This document shows, in pieces, positions 21,137-33,648 of a DNA stretch of 41,541 nucleotides. The notes under the pieces were generated by a model that searched no databases, was not told the origin of the DNA, and worked only from the letters and a program-made list of their open reading frames with translations. Source of the DNA: Parvularia atlantis (lineage: Eukaryota); contig CALSCO010001424.1 of the NCBI GenBank assembly GCA_943704415.1, positions 1-41,541 of the forward strand, given 5' to 3'. How positions within the stretch are numbered: the first letter of the stretch is position 1; every line of letters starts with the position of its first letter. Position numbers and translations under genes: made by a program.

Positions 21137-23226
21137 TCAGTTGAACTTCTTGAAGTCGCTCTCGCCCGAGCGCGACACGGCCACGTAAACGACGATGCTG
21201 ATGACCAGCACGCCGATGACGATGAGCAGCCCGATCGTGAGCGGCGTGAACACGCTCGCGTCCGCGTCAGCCGCCGCCGCCGCGCCTTTTGTTGCCGCGC
21301 TCCCCTGCACTAGCTGCATGATCGCGCGCACGTCGGCCTGGATCCGCCGGATGTCGTTGAGCTGGGCCTGGACGTGGTTCTGCGGCGTGTGCGCATGAGC
21401 CGCTGTTGCCGTGAGCTGCACGGCGCCGCGCACCTCGATAGTCTGCAGCCGCACGTCGTTCACGGCGGCACCGCCGGCGCCACCTTGCGACGGCCCGCCG
21501 CTCTCCATCAGCCGCTTGATGGCGGCGTCCACCTCGCCCAGCTTGGCCGTCAGGCGCTGCTGCTCCTCCAGCACCTTGTTGATCTGCGGCAGCCCGGCAA
21601 AGTTGAGCCCGGCCGGCCCGGCGCCCGGCACGCTCGGCGCGGCCCGTGCGGTCGCCTGGAGCTGCTGCGCAAAGTCGCGCTGCAGGGCGATGAGCGCGTC
21701 GATCTTGACCATGACGGCGTCCTGCGGCAAGCGCTCGCGCCCGTGAGCGCCCGTCCGCACAGGGCACCGCAGCGCCGCCGCACAAAGTTTGGCACGAACG
21801 ACGAGTACGCCGCCTCGCCCGCGCTGCCGACGCCGCCCGACTGCGCCTGCTCCTCCTTCACGCGCATTTCCTGGCGACACATGCAGAGCGCGAGCGTTAG
21901 GCTTGCGCGGCAGCGGCCATGCCGTAGCGCTCGCGGCCGCACCTGCACTTTGTGCTGCACCGTGTCCAGCTTGGCCTGCTGCTCGGTCGACACGGCGGCC
22001 TGCTCGATCGACGGCGCGTCCTTCTCGGCCGCACCGTACAGCCGCGTGACCTCGAACGAGAAGATGTCGTGATCGTCTGCGCGCACGCTGAGCACGCGGA
22101 CACGGCGCACAAGCGAGGCACGCGCACCCGCCAGCCCGCCCGTCGCCGCCGACACGCCGAAGAAGTAGCCCTGCGGCAGCTTCAGGTTCTCAAGCTGGAA
22201 GCAGTGCGTGTAGGCCTTGCCCGACTCTGACGTGTCGACGCTGATCTGCACATGCACCGCCCGGCCGTGAGACGCCGCGCCAAGTGACGACAGCGACGGC
22301 AGCGCACCGAGAGCGTGCTGTCGAGGTAGTCGATGCGCACGGCTGTCGGCTTGGACGGGTTGCGGAAGTGGCGCTCACACGACGCCGCGGCCTGGCCCGA
22401 GCCGTCGGCGTTGTGGTTGAACGAGACCTGGCCGTCGTTGACGATGGCGAGCACGGTCGGGTTGTTGTTCTGCGCGGCACGTGAGCGATCGGCGGCGGCG
22501 ATCATCGACGCAGCCGCAATCAGCACCTGCCCGTCGTTGTCGTATGTGTCGAAGATGACGCCCAGGCCGTCCCACCGATCCTTGCTGCCGTAGACGCCGC
22601 CGATCTGCTGCGACTCCTTCGTGTACCAGAACGCGATGCCGTCGCCGCCGAGGCGTCCCCTGCGCCGCCCCGGGCCGTGGTAAGTGTCACGTGCGGTCAT
22701 CCATGTGGCGCACCGGCCCGAGATGAGGAACTTGATCTCGATCGACCAGTTGCTGAAGTCGGTCGGCAGCGTGGACCAGACGGCGCCGCGCTGGCTGCGC
22801 ACGCTCGCGGCGAGGCGGATGTAGTCGGTCGAGAGGATCACGTCTTTTCGAGTGGCGGCGCGCAAGGGGATCAGTGGCGACGACCGCGGGAGCGAACGGC
22901 GGCCGAAGCGCGACGCACCGCCCACGACGGCAAAGTGCGGCAGCTTTTGCTCGCCGTCGACCGTCGGGAGGAAGTAGGGCTTCTTGAACGAGCGCCGGTA
23001 GTCGTACTTGCCAGGCACGACCACGGGCTTCTCTACCGCGCGACCACGCGGCACACGTGCGCGAGACGGCCGCGTCAGCGCCGCACGCGCGCGCGCCGAC
23101 CGCACAGACGCGGCGGTGTCACGCACGCATCACGGTCCCCTGCGCGTGCACGAGCGCGCCCGCCAGCAGCAGCAGCAGCGACGCCGCGCCGCCGAGGCCG
23201 CCGCGCAGCATCGACGCGCCCGCCAT
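21137..23226 (-). CDS. LMAN1: ERGIC-53-type L-type lectin cargo receptor
   Basis: Signal peptide ([10 protein letters not shown]...[12 protein letters not shown]), [36 protein letters not shown], coiled-coil stalk, TM helix, C-terminal KKFN dilysine motif. Confidence 0.9.
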
Positions 23227-23448
23227 GCCTGCCAATCTCACGTCGCACATAGGCGCGTCCGCCATGCGCGCATTTCACGGGCCGCACCCAGGCGCGTCGC
23301 GTCGTGGGTCTTTGCTCTCTCTTCTCGTGCGCGGCGGCCCGTGCCCCGGCCGCTGCTGCGCCTGTCTCTCGCGCGGGGCGCGCGTGCGGCGTGGTCGGGG
23401 GCGTTGCAGCGGGCGGGCAGCGTCGGCGCGGCGTGTGCGCGGGACACA

Positions 23449-23473
23449 GGGGGGGGGGGGGGGGGGGGGGGGG
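23449..23473. repeat. 25-nt G homopolymer (poly-C on the minus strand)
   Basis: Directly visible; the longest homopolymer in the window. Confidence 0.95.
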
Positions 23474-23500
23474 AGGGCGCCCCCGTGCAGCGGCGCGCAC

Positions 23501-23543
23501 CGATGAGGTTCGGCACGAACAGGTACACGTTCTCGCTGCCCAT
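23501..23543 (-). other. Isolated first exon of phosphatidylinositol synthase (CDIPT/PIS1-like); rest of the gene not found
   Basis: ATG-initiated [15 protein letters not shown] matches the PIS N-terminus ([12 protein letters not shown]) and is followed by a typical GTGCG donor at 23500. No YAR/DxxDG-encoding exons lie before the LMAN1 start. Confidence 0.75.
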
Positions 23544-23576
23544 CGTTGGTTCTGAGTGAAAGTGTGTACATATGTT

Positions 23577-25719
23577 CTAAGCCCACCCACCGCCTCTCCC
23601 GTCCCCGCCGCGCCCGTCCCCGCCCACGCCGATCGCCCACGCGGCCTCGCGCGCCTGCGGGATGAACGGCCGGTTCTCGTTGTAGCGGTCTGTGCCTGGC
23701 GTGAGCGCCCGGCCGCCCGCGCGCACACGGACGCACCCGACATCGGATCGCCCGGCCGGTTGCGCGCCCAGAACTTGGTCATGTGGTCGTTCGAGCCCGA
23801 CGTGAGGATGTGCCCGACCGGGTGCCACGCCAGGCTCCACACGTTGGACTCGTGCGCGGTCTCCATCGCCGCGACCTCGTTTGGCGTCCTGCGTGGGCAG
23901 TCAGACGCCGCCGCCGCAAGCGCACGCGGCCGCGCTCACCCGATCAGCCAAAACAGGATCGAGCCCTCGGACCCGCCGCTCACGAGCAGCGCCTCGTGAT
24001 GCGGGTGCCAGCTGAGCGCTGCGCACGGGGCCACCGTCAGCGCGTTTGCCGAGCGCGCACGCGATCAACCCGCACATGAGACCTCGCGCTTGTGCCCGCG
24101 CAGCGTCGCCAGGTCGCGCATCGCACGTCTGTGCCGCTTCGCAGTCAGCCACACGCGCGTGCACAGTACGCGTGCGGGCGCGCGCACAGGTCGTGGACAA
24201 AGATCTGCGAGTCGCGCGAGCACGTCGCGAGCCAGTTGCCGTTCGTGTTCCAGCGCACGCTCGAGATCGCGTTCTTGTGCGAGTAGCTGCGCCCGCGCGC
24301 GCGCGGATCAGCCCGCAGGCGCACATGACACCTGCTCGCAGCGCACAAGGTGTGCAGCGCCTTGCCCACGCGCGGATCCCACAGCTTGACGAGGTTGTCG
24401 CGCGCCCCGCTCGCGATCAGCCCCTTCTGCGGGTGCCACGAGATGCTCTTTACGTCCGAGCCGTGGCCTGCGCACGCTCCTGTCAGCCCGGCGCAACGAC
24501 CGCTGCGACGACCGCGGCGCACCGCGCAGGGCGCGCTCCTCCGACGTCGTGCTAAAGTCCCAGATCTTGATCAGGCCGTCGTCCGAGCATGACGCAAACT
24601 TGGTGTTGGACGGCGCAAAGCTGACGCCCCGGGCCCGTGCGTCAGACGCGACGGCGCACCACCAGACCATGCGCGCACGAGAGATCGCGGATCGGGTCGT
24701 TGTTGTGCGCCGTGAACACCTTGACGTTGTTCATCGTCGACTGCCAGTACTTGATCACGCCCGTGTGGTCGGCCGTGACCAGCCAGTCGCCGTTGGGGCT
24801 CCACGTCATCGCGCGCACGGCGCTCTCGTGCGCCTGGCCGGGGGGGCGTCATTGTCAGCGGCAGCGGCGCCTCGGCGCCAGGCAGTCGGCACCTGCAGGA
24901 TCGTCTCAAAGTTGAACGTCAGCCCGTTCCACAGCGTAAACTCGCCCGTGGATGTGCCTGTAATGAGCCTGCGCCCCTCGGGCGTCCACTGCTCGCGCGC
25001 GCACACACGCGTCGGCGACGCTGGCCGACCGCAGCGCGGGCGCACCACAACGGCGTTGATCGGGCAGCGGTTCTTGTTGGTCGACGTGTGCACAAACTGC
25101 GTCGTGACAGCCGACGCGGGCGTGTCGACCATGCCCGGCGGCGCGACCATCTGCGCGAGTGCGCAACGTCAGCTGCCATCGCATGCGGCCGGCTCAGGCA
25201 ACGCACGTCTATCGCAAAGACGTCCTCCGGCAGGAGCACGACCGCGTCGATCCCGCTGCGCTGCCAGATGCGCCGCTGATGCACGTAGCCACAGCAACAC
25301 AGCGTGAGGAGTGTGCCCGTCGCGCGCCCGCTGCGTTCGCGCCGCACCTCGACCCAGTTGAGCACGCTGCTGTTGTAGTCGACCGTCTTGCGCTGGACGG
25401 CGCGGCGCACGGCGCGCGCGTTGAACGGGTCGATCGCTGTGCGCCCGCACCGTGAGCCCGCGCGATGCCCCACACGGCCGCCCGCACGCACCCATCCCGG
25501 GCTGGGCACCGCGCTGGCCCTGCATCTGCTGCTGCATCTGCTGCATCTGCTGCATCTGCTGCTGCTGCGGCTGCGAGCCGCCCGGCCCCACCGGCCGCCG
25601 CTGCGGGTACACGCCTGCATCGCGGCCACGGCGCGCCTCTCAGCCACCGCGACGACAAGCAAGCAAGCAGGCGGCGCCCGCGCGGACGCACTGGGAGGCG
25701 GACCGGGCCACACGGCCAT
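23577..25719 (-). CDS. WDR33: Polyadenylation factor WDR33/Pfs2 (short form: Q-rich leader plus WD40)
   Basis: [96 protein letters not shown] at 23577-23579. Confidence 0.95.
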
Positions 25720-25846
25720 GCTGGCAATTTGACTTGGCTACCGCGGCTGAACCGCGCGCCTCGCGCCGCTCGCGCCGCCCCGCCCCGCCGCCACCGCCAC
25801 CGCCGCCGCCGCACCCGCCCGCCCCGCTGCCCGTGCGGACCGCGCC

Positions 25847-28800
25847 ATGTCCAACGACGGCAACTTTACCATCGCGCGTCAGGTGCGCGCGCGCCCGGCG
25901 CCGGTCGTTGATTGCTCGCTCAGCCCACTATGTGCGCCCCCTTCCCTCTCTCGTCTCGTCTCGCCTCTCCCGCGTCCGTGGCGCCGCGCACAGGCCGTCC
26001 GCTCGCGCGTGTTTGACGCCGTCGCGGTCGAGTTTGCCGAGTGGGTCGAGCGCACGACGGGCGAGCCGCTGCCGCCGCCGGGCCACGAGAACGTCGTTGA
26101 GGCGCTCAAGGTGGGGCGGCTGCGCCTCCCGTGCACGGCATCCCGTGTGACACGCGGCGCGCGGCGCGGTGCAGGACGGGATCGCTCTCTGCAAGCTCGT
26201 CAACGTGATCCAGCCAGGGATCGTACCCAAGTTCAAGGTCGCACGCAGCGCCTTCGCCGCCGCCGAGAACGTGAACCAGTTCCTCGTCGCCTGCGAGACC
26301 CTCGGCGTGCGCCGCACGGTGCGGCCCCGGAGGCCTGGCACGCGCGGCGCACGTGCGCGCTCAACGATGCGCGCCCGCACAGGACCTGTTCCTCCCGAGC
26401 GACCTCATCGGCGACAAGCCCGAGCCGCTCAAGATCTTCGGCCTGCTCGAGGCCTTGCGCACCCTGACCGAGGCCAAGGACAAGGACGCGAGCGACAAGA
26501 AGAAGCGCTTCGCGTCGATTAACGACGTCCACAAGCGCGTCGTCTCCAACGCCAACGGCGACGCACCGCAGTCGGCGACGCCCAAGATCGACCCGCCGAT
26601 CCCCGTCAAGACCCGCAACGCCCTCCGCTCAACCATCTCGCCGCGCAGCGCGGTGCGTGCGGGGGCCGCGGTACTGGCATGCGCCGCCGTCTCACACCCA
26701 AGCCCGCGGCAGCTCTCGGCCGTCGACTGGGGTGACTCGCCGTACGCCAAGGTGCGTGCGCCGCGCCTGCCGATCGCGCCAGGCTGACACCCTGCCCAGC
26801 CGGACGACAAGAAGCTCGCCAGCAGCGACAGCGAGCCCAAGTCAGAGTCGCCGGTCACGCCGCCCGCTCCCGCTCCGCAGCCCGTCGCGCAGCCCGTACA
26901 GCCCGCCGCGCAGCCCACACCACCCGCCCCGCTGGAGCGCCAGCTGTCGCAGCCCGACAAGCTGCCCACGCCGCCGCCGCCGCTTGTCAGCGCCCAGACG
27001 TCGTCCAAGGCGTTCGAGCGCCAGCCGTCGCAGTCGATCATCGCCACACCCCCGCCACCTCTCGCCGCCGCCAAGCTCGAGCGGCAGCCGTCGCAGCAGA
27101 CCGTCTCAGACGCGAAGCGCCTCTCGGCCGACAGCAGCACCGACAAGCCCGCGCCGCTGTCACGCGGCGGGTCTCGACCCGTGCTCGACATGACGAGCGG
27201 GTCGCCGCCCAAGGCCGCCGCTCAACAACTCTCGGTGGACGCGGCGGCGGAGCCCGCAGCACGCCGCTCGTTCGCCCGCGGATCGAGCGACTCTGGTGTG
27301 AAGCTCACGCCGCCCTCGGGCAACGCGCACCACGGTGCGGGGACAGAACCCTCGCCGTGCCGTGCTAACGCGGCCTGCACGCAACGCAGCCAAGGAGGAC
27401 ACCGGGGCAGCTCACATGCACGTGACGCCGCAGAGCGTCCACAGCTCGGCCACGGCGGTCATCAGCGCACGCAAGGCCGTCAACGTCGAGGCATGTGGGC
27501 TGCCGGACGCGCACGCGGTCTGACAAACATGCCCGTAGGAAACCGAGACGGTCAAGCGGCAGCCGGACGGGTCGCTCGCGCGCAAGTACATTGACATGAT
27601 CTCGGTGCAGGTGCAGGTCATTGCGCACGCTTGCTGCAGCCCCAACTGCGGCCGACACTGCACCGCAGAGCTCGACCGGCAACTCAACCACGATGATCGT
27701 CGACACCAAGCGCGCGGTTATCAATGACGCCGGCGTGCTCAACGTGCACTCGCCCGACTCGCTTGACGCCGACTTGGTGCGCACCGGCCGCCTGCCTGCT
27801 TCTCTGGCTAACGTGCGCGCAGCATGACCTCATGACCGAGGCCGAGGAGCTCGAGGCCCTCGCGCAGCGCGCCCAGGATGAGCAGTACCTGCGGGAGCAG
27901 CAGGAGCTGCTGGAGCTCGAGATGGAGAACGACGCCAAGTTCAGCGACGTGCGCTGCCTCCCGCGCCAGCGTCGCGCCCACAGAGGCCGCTCACGATGGC
28001 GCGCGGCGCAGCTCATGAGCGGCCTGCAGGCAGAGCCGAAAGTCGCTGCCACGAGCGGGGCGCCGCCGATCCCGCCGCGCCCGGCCAAGCTCAAGCGCGG
28101 TACGCACCGTGTCCCTGGCCCGGTGGACGCCACCGACGCCGCTTCGCAGGCATTCTCGACCTCATGGAGCACCAGAACACGCCTGACTTTGACTCACCCA
28201 CGTCCCCGCAGGAGGACGCAAAGCTCCAGCCGGGCACCAAGTGCATGGCCAAGTTTGACTTCAAGGCGCGGCAGGACGACGAGGTGTGGCTGCGCGATAG
28301 GCGATGCGCGGCGGCGTTGACGGACGCCGCGCGCGCGCACAGCTGTCGTTCCGTGCGGAGGACATCGTGTTGCTGCTTGAGGCGACCTTTGATGGCAACT
28401 GGTGGTTTGGGCAGATCCAGAACCACCGCGGCTGGTGCGGCCGTCGCGGATGCTTGACGGCGGCACGCTCACTCACTCCCACGCCAGGTTCCCGTCCAAC
28501 TACGTCGACGTCATCCAGTCGAGCTCGTCGCGCACATGGTACCGCATGTACAAGGAGGTGCGCGCATCGCAGACGCGCACGGGCTGGCGCTCACGCATGC
28601 TACTGCCGCGCAGAAGGGGAGCCGCTCGGGCTCGCTTGAGGAGGTGTCCGTCCCGCTCGTCGCGTCGGCAGGCGGCCCGTCGGCGCAGTCGATGGCGCAG
28701 CTGCAGGGCTTCAAGTCGCAGACGCTGACGCCCAACCGGCCCAAGGCACAGCATCGCGGGCGCAGCAGCAGCAGGCCGCTGACGTGCGGTCGTCCGCAGA

Positions 28801-31800
28801 TCTCGCAGCCGTCGCCGCAGTCGCCCAGCGCGGCAGCGACGCCGTCGGGCGCGTTCCTCACGCGCTCCTCGACCACGGGCGCAGGGCCAGCGCCGTCGCC
28901 AAAGACGGCCGAGGGGTGCGCGGGCGCGGGCGGCCACCTCACACCGGTTCTGACACGCACACGATCGCCACACAGGCACAGCCGCATCGTGCGCGTCGAG
29001 AGCATGCCCACGCCGACCAAGGGCACAATGAAGCGCGACCCCGCGTCGTCACCCGTCGTCATGCGTGCGTGCCTGCACGATCAGCGCCGTGCGCCAGGTG
29101 CTGATCCGTGCGGCAGAGGGCGAGGCTGCCGTGCCGCTGCTGTGGAAGGACACGGTCGACGTGGTCGTCTACGAGTCGCTGTCGGAGAAGGAGCGCAAGC
29201 GGCAGGAGGTTGCGTGGGCGCCGTACTCGGCGCGCGTGCGTGCTGAGCGCGCCTCGCAGGTCATCTACGAGCTCATCCGCACCGAGAAGGACTACTTGAA
29301 GGACATCAACTTTGTGATCGAGGTGCGCGCCCGTGCTGTCCGCTGCGTTCGGCTGACACACGGCGAGCGCAGAACTTCCTCAAGCCGCTGCAGAACAAGA
29401 AGATCCTCTCGCAGATCGAGATCAAGTCGCTCTTCTCCAACATCGAGCAGCTGGTGCCAGTCAACTTTGAGCTGCACAAGGGTGCGTACATTGTGTTGTG
29501 CTGACGAGCCGCGCCAGCTGACGCGACCGCGGACGCAGAGCTCGGGCACAAGCAAAAGGCTGGGCCCGTGGTCGAGACCGTTGGCGACTGCTTCCTCAAG
29601 ACGGTTCGCGGGCGTGCTGAGCGCTCGTGAGCCGTCACCCTCAAACACGGGCGCGGGCGAGCAGAAAGACTACTTCAAGATGTACAAGCCGTACTGCCGC
29701 AACCACCCGTACTCGGTGATCGCGTATCAGAAGATCCGCAACGGCAAGTACTCGAAGCCGTTCAGGAGATTCGAGGAGGTGCGCGGGGGCCTGCGGTGCT
29801 TCGCGCGGGGCGCCGCTGACGCACTTCGCCGTGCCCGCGCGCTGTCTGCAGGAGATGTTCAAGCGGCCCGAGTGCCGCCTGATGGAGCTGCCGTCGTTCC
29901 TGCTCAAGCCCGTGCAGAGAATATGCAAGTACCCGCTGCTTCTCAAGGTGCGCCCGAGCGCACGCACTGGCAGCCGCTCACCCCTTCGCGCGTGCTGCAG
30001 GAGATCCTCAAGTACACGGAGCCAACGCACCCGGACTACACGCAGCTGCAGAAGGCGTACCAGGTGTTTGAGGAGCTGGTCGCGGTGGTGCGCTTGCGTG
30101 CTTGCTGTCGCGCGGACGTCGCGCGCCTCACCCGCGACGCGTCGCGTCGCACACAGGTGAACGAGGACGCGCGCCAGGGCCAGAACGAGCGCACGATTGT
30201 CGAGCTGCAGAAGCGCTTCCCAGACGTGCGTGCCCCTTACCCCCTCGCCGACACGCGTTGTGTGCCCGTGGCGGGCGGGGCTCACACGCCGAACGCCAGA
30301 AAATGGAGAGGCTCGTCACGCCAACGCGCGTGTTCCTGCTCGAGGCCAACGTCAACACGCTCGAGGTGGAGGCCGGCAAGGTGCGTGCGCGCTCCGCCCC
30401 AGCGGTGAAGGGGCGTGGCCTGAGCAGCCCCGGCGCAGCGCAACGCGGGCGAACCGCGCATCATGTTCCTGTTCAGTGACATCCTCATCCTGGCCAAGCC
30501 AACGGAGAAGACGCCGGAGAAGGTTCGGGGCGCGGGCGCACGCGCCGCGGGCTGCGGCTGAGCGACTGTGCCGTCGCAGGTGGAGCCACTGGCCAAGTAC
30601 AGCATCGACGAGATCGCGTGCCGAAACGTGCCCAGGAGCGACGGTGCCGTGTCTGCTCACGTGCCGCCCTCGTGTTGCTGATGCGAGATGATGCGGCCGC
30701 CAGACACGCTGCAGCTTGTGCACGTGCCGCGCGCGATCGCCGGCGCTACGCCGTGGACGATGCAAGGCTACATGAACGTGATGCTCGTGGCCAAGGACTC
30801 GAGCTACCGCGACACGTGCGTGTGCAGCGCCGTACGATGCGCGCACGCGGGCTGACCGTCGCGCGCTGACCGCAGCATCGTCAACATGGTCGAGCGGGCG
30901 CGGCAGAAGTACATCGAAGACCAGCAGACGATCTGTGCGCCGCGAGAGATGGCGCGCGCTCGCACGCAGACGCTGACACGGGCGGTGCAGCACCGGTCGA
31001 GGAGCCGCCTGCACGCGTGTCGACCGAGGTGCGCACGTCCAGCGATGGGCCACCGTCGGCCGGGAGCCCAGTCGCCGCGTGCGTCTGGTTGCCCCGTCTG
31101 GCCGCTGCAGCACGTGCGCTGACTGCAGTGCCACAGGTCGCCCGCCGAGCCGCCGAGTACCGCCGGGCCGCGCGAGGTCATGCTGCCGCGCAACATCCAG
31201 CTGCCAAGCCCGCTTGGTGCGCACCCTTCGCTGCTGCTGCGACACACGCGCTGATCGGCTGGGCGCACCGCAGGCGAGGTGATCCAGTGCCACGTGACTG
31301 ACGTTGTGCGCCGCGGCGGCCTCACGTCGCGCTTCAAGCGCTTCTCTTCGACGCAGGGCCTTGTGCGCGGCCTCTTGGCTGGGCTCGCGGCGGGCTGACA
31401 CGGCGCGCGCGCGCAGCTGTACATGGTGACGGTGCAGCGCAAGCCCGAGAATCAGCCGTTCAACCACGAGGTGTACAAGGTGCGTGGCGTGCCGCCGGCG
31501 GCCGTGCGCGTGCACGCGTGAGGCTCACGTCGGCGGCGACGCCATCAGGGCATCGACGACTTTATCGAGCTGCACATCTTCATGATGAAGAAGACGCTGC
31601 CGCTGATCAAGGACGAGGCTGAGCGCAAGAAGCTGCCCGATATGCCGCCGAGCCGGATGGTGCGTGGGCGCTGGCGCGGGTGTGCGGCATCACTCACGCG
31701 CGGCGCTGCAGCTCACGACCGAGGCCGTGATGAAGCAGGCGGTCGCGGAGCTCGAGACGTTCATGCAGGTGCGCACCTGTGGCGTGGTGCATGCGCGCGG

Positions 31801-32090
31801 ACGCGTGGCTCACAATGGGGGCGTGCAGAAAATGACGCAGCTGCAGCACACCTACCCCGTCGTGCGCGAGCTGCTGAGCGACTTTTTGGCGCGCGACACG
31901 CGGGGTGCGTTTCGGCGGCGCGGGCGCGGCTTGGTTGTTGCCTGACAAGCGCGCACGCCGTGCAGCCGAAACGACGGCGCCGGTCGCGCGCGGCACGGTC
32001 GAGGCGAACGCGAAGCAGGCGCGCTCGTCCAACTTTGAGTCGCTCCTGGGCTCGGACAACACGCTCAAGATGTCGCTCTCGGCCGACTGA
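25847..32090 (+). CDS. Dbl-family RhoGEF with CH, SH3, DH, PH and probable PX domains; about 40 introns
   Basis: CH: LK|DGIALCKLVN...ENVNQFL..C..LGV..DLFLPSDL. SH3: AKFDF...LSF...NWWFG...GW|FPSNYV. DH: ELIRTEKDY, LFSNIEQL, LLKPVQRICKYPLLLK. PH: FLFSDILILAK. PX-like: LYMVTV...YK|GIDDFIELH...LPDMPP...ELETFMQ...DFL. Confidence 0.88.
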
Positions 32091-32173
32091 GCCCGCCGTC
32101 GCGCTTGCTTTCTCTGTGTGAGAGTAGTGTGTCTCTGTTGTTGTTTTTTCGCCGTCGGCTGTCGCGCGAGGTC

Positions 32174-33569
32174 TCACGCGGCAGGCCGGCCGGCGATGCG
32201 CTGGCCGGCGCGGAGCGTTGCTTGGACGTCGGCTGGCGTGATGCGCGAGACGATGGCGGCGACGACGTCACGCGACCAGCGCAGGTGTGGCTGGTCAAAG
32301 TCAAACACGACGAGGTCGGCCGGCGCACCCTCCGTCTGCGCGCGGTGTAAGCGGGCTCCGGTGCGGGCGAACGGCACGCGAACGCACAATGCCAAAGGGC
32401 GCGTCGCGGTCGAGCTGGTCGCTGTGGACAAAGCGGCGGAGGAGGCGCGCGCCGTTGATCGAGGCCATGCGGAGGATGTCGCGCGGGGCGACGTCGAGGC
32501 CGCCATGGGCGCGCGCGACGCGGAAGGCGGCGTCCATCTCGGCGAGCATGTTGGGCGCGTTGAGCATGACGTTGTCGGTGCCGAGGAGGAGCGGGACGCG
32601 CGCGCGCAGCAGCGCGGCGATGGGCGGCAGTGGCAGGCCGAGGCCGCCGTTGGCGCGTGGGCAGACGACGGCGGGGCGGCCGCTGCGCGCAAGCAAGTCG
32701 ATCTCGTGGGACGACGCGGCGCTGAGGTGCACGAGCAGCTCGGCGTCGTACAGGTCGCTGTCGAGCGCCCGCTCGATATCGCCGCGGCCGCTGTGGCGCA
32801 CGCTGTTGGTGCGGTACGCGTCGCTCTCGAGGCAGTGCACGGCGCGCAGCGGGCGGCGGCGCGGCGCTTGCTCGAGCGTGAGGCGCCGGAGCGTGCGCCA
32901 GGCCGGGTCGGTGAGGTCGGCGATGGTGCTCTCGGAGACGCCGTCGGGTGCGCCGCTGTCGATCTCGTCGTCGTCGTCCGCGCTCAGCAGGCGCCGCACA
33001 TCGGCCACGACGGGCGGCGGCAGGTCGGCGGCGTTGGCGCACAGCGCCGGCTCGTCGAAGGGCACGGCGGGCAGCTGCGAGCACACGACGGCGCGCACGC
33101 CCGGGGCCGCCGCCCGCTCGGCCGCGCGCATCGCCCGCACGCCGGCCGCGCCCAGCTCGGTGAAGTCGCACGTCGCGACGGCGCCGCAGCGCGCCATGAA
33201 GCGCAGCGCGTCGGCCGCCGCGCGCTCGAGCGTCGCTGGCGCGGCGGCCGCGAGGGCGCGGTACTTGAGCCCAGCCGGGCGGAACACGGCGGCCTCGAGC
33301 GAGAGGCCCGTCGCGGCGTCGGCGAGGAAGGCGTCGAGCGTGTGCGTGTGCGCGTTGTACAGCGCCGGCACGACGACGGAGGCCGCCGCCGCCGCGTCTG
33401 CATCGAGCTCGGCGAGGCCCGTCAGCGGCCGCACGCGGTCGATGCGCGTGATCAGGCCCGATGAACTGTCCCACTCCAGTCGCGTGCACAGCGTCGGCAC
33501 CAGCTCCTCGCCGAGCACGGCCACGCACGGGCCGAGCGACGTCGCGCTCGGCGATGCGGCCGCGGGCAT
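32174..33569 (-). CDS. Metal-dependent amidohydrolase/deaminase of prokaryotic type; single intron near the 3' end
   Basis: PALYNAHTH (HxH), GLKYRAL, DFTELG, VHCLE, LLVH, CPRAN, LGTDNVMLN, then FGI|TEGAPADLVVF...TGA at 32174-32176. Confidence 0.88.
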
Positions 33570-33648
33570 TCGCAGACACGCACTGTTCACACAGCAGACA
33601 AGGAGGAGCGACTCACACCGCGCGCACGCGCAACTGACGGCCGGCCGA

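Noticed and set aside
25520..25575. CAG-rich tracts in WDR33, and likewise in the TRIM and GATA genes
   Set aside because: Ordinary coding poly-Gln low-complexity segments.
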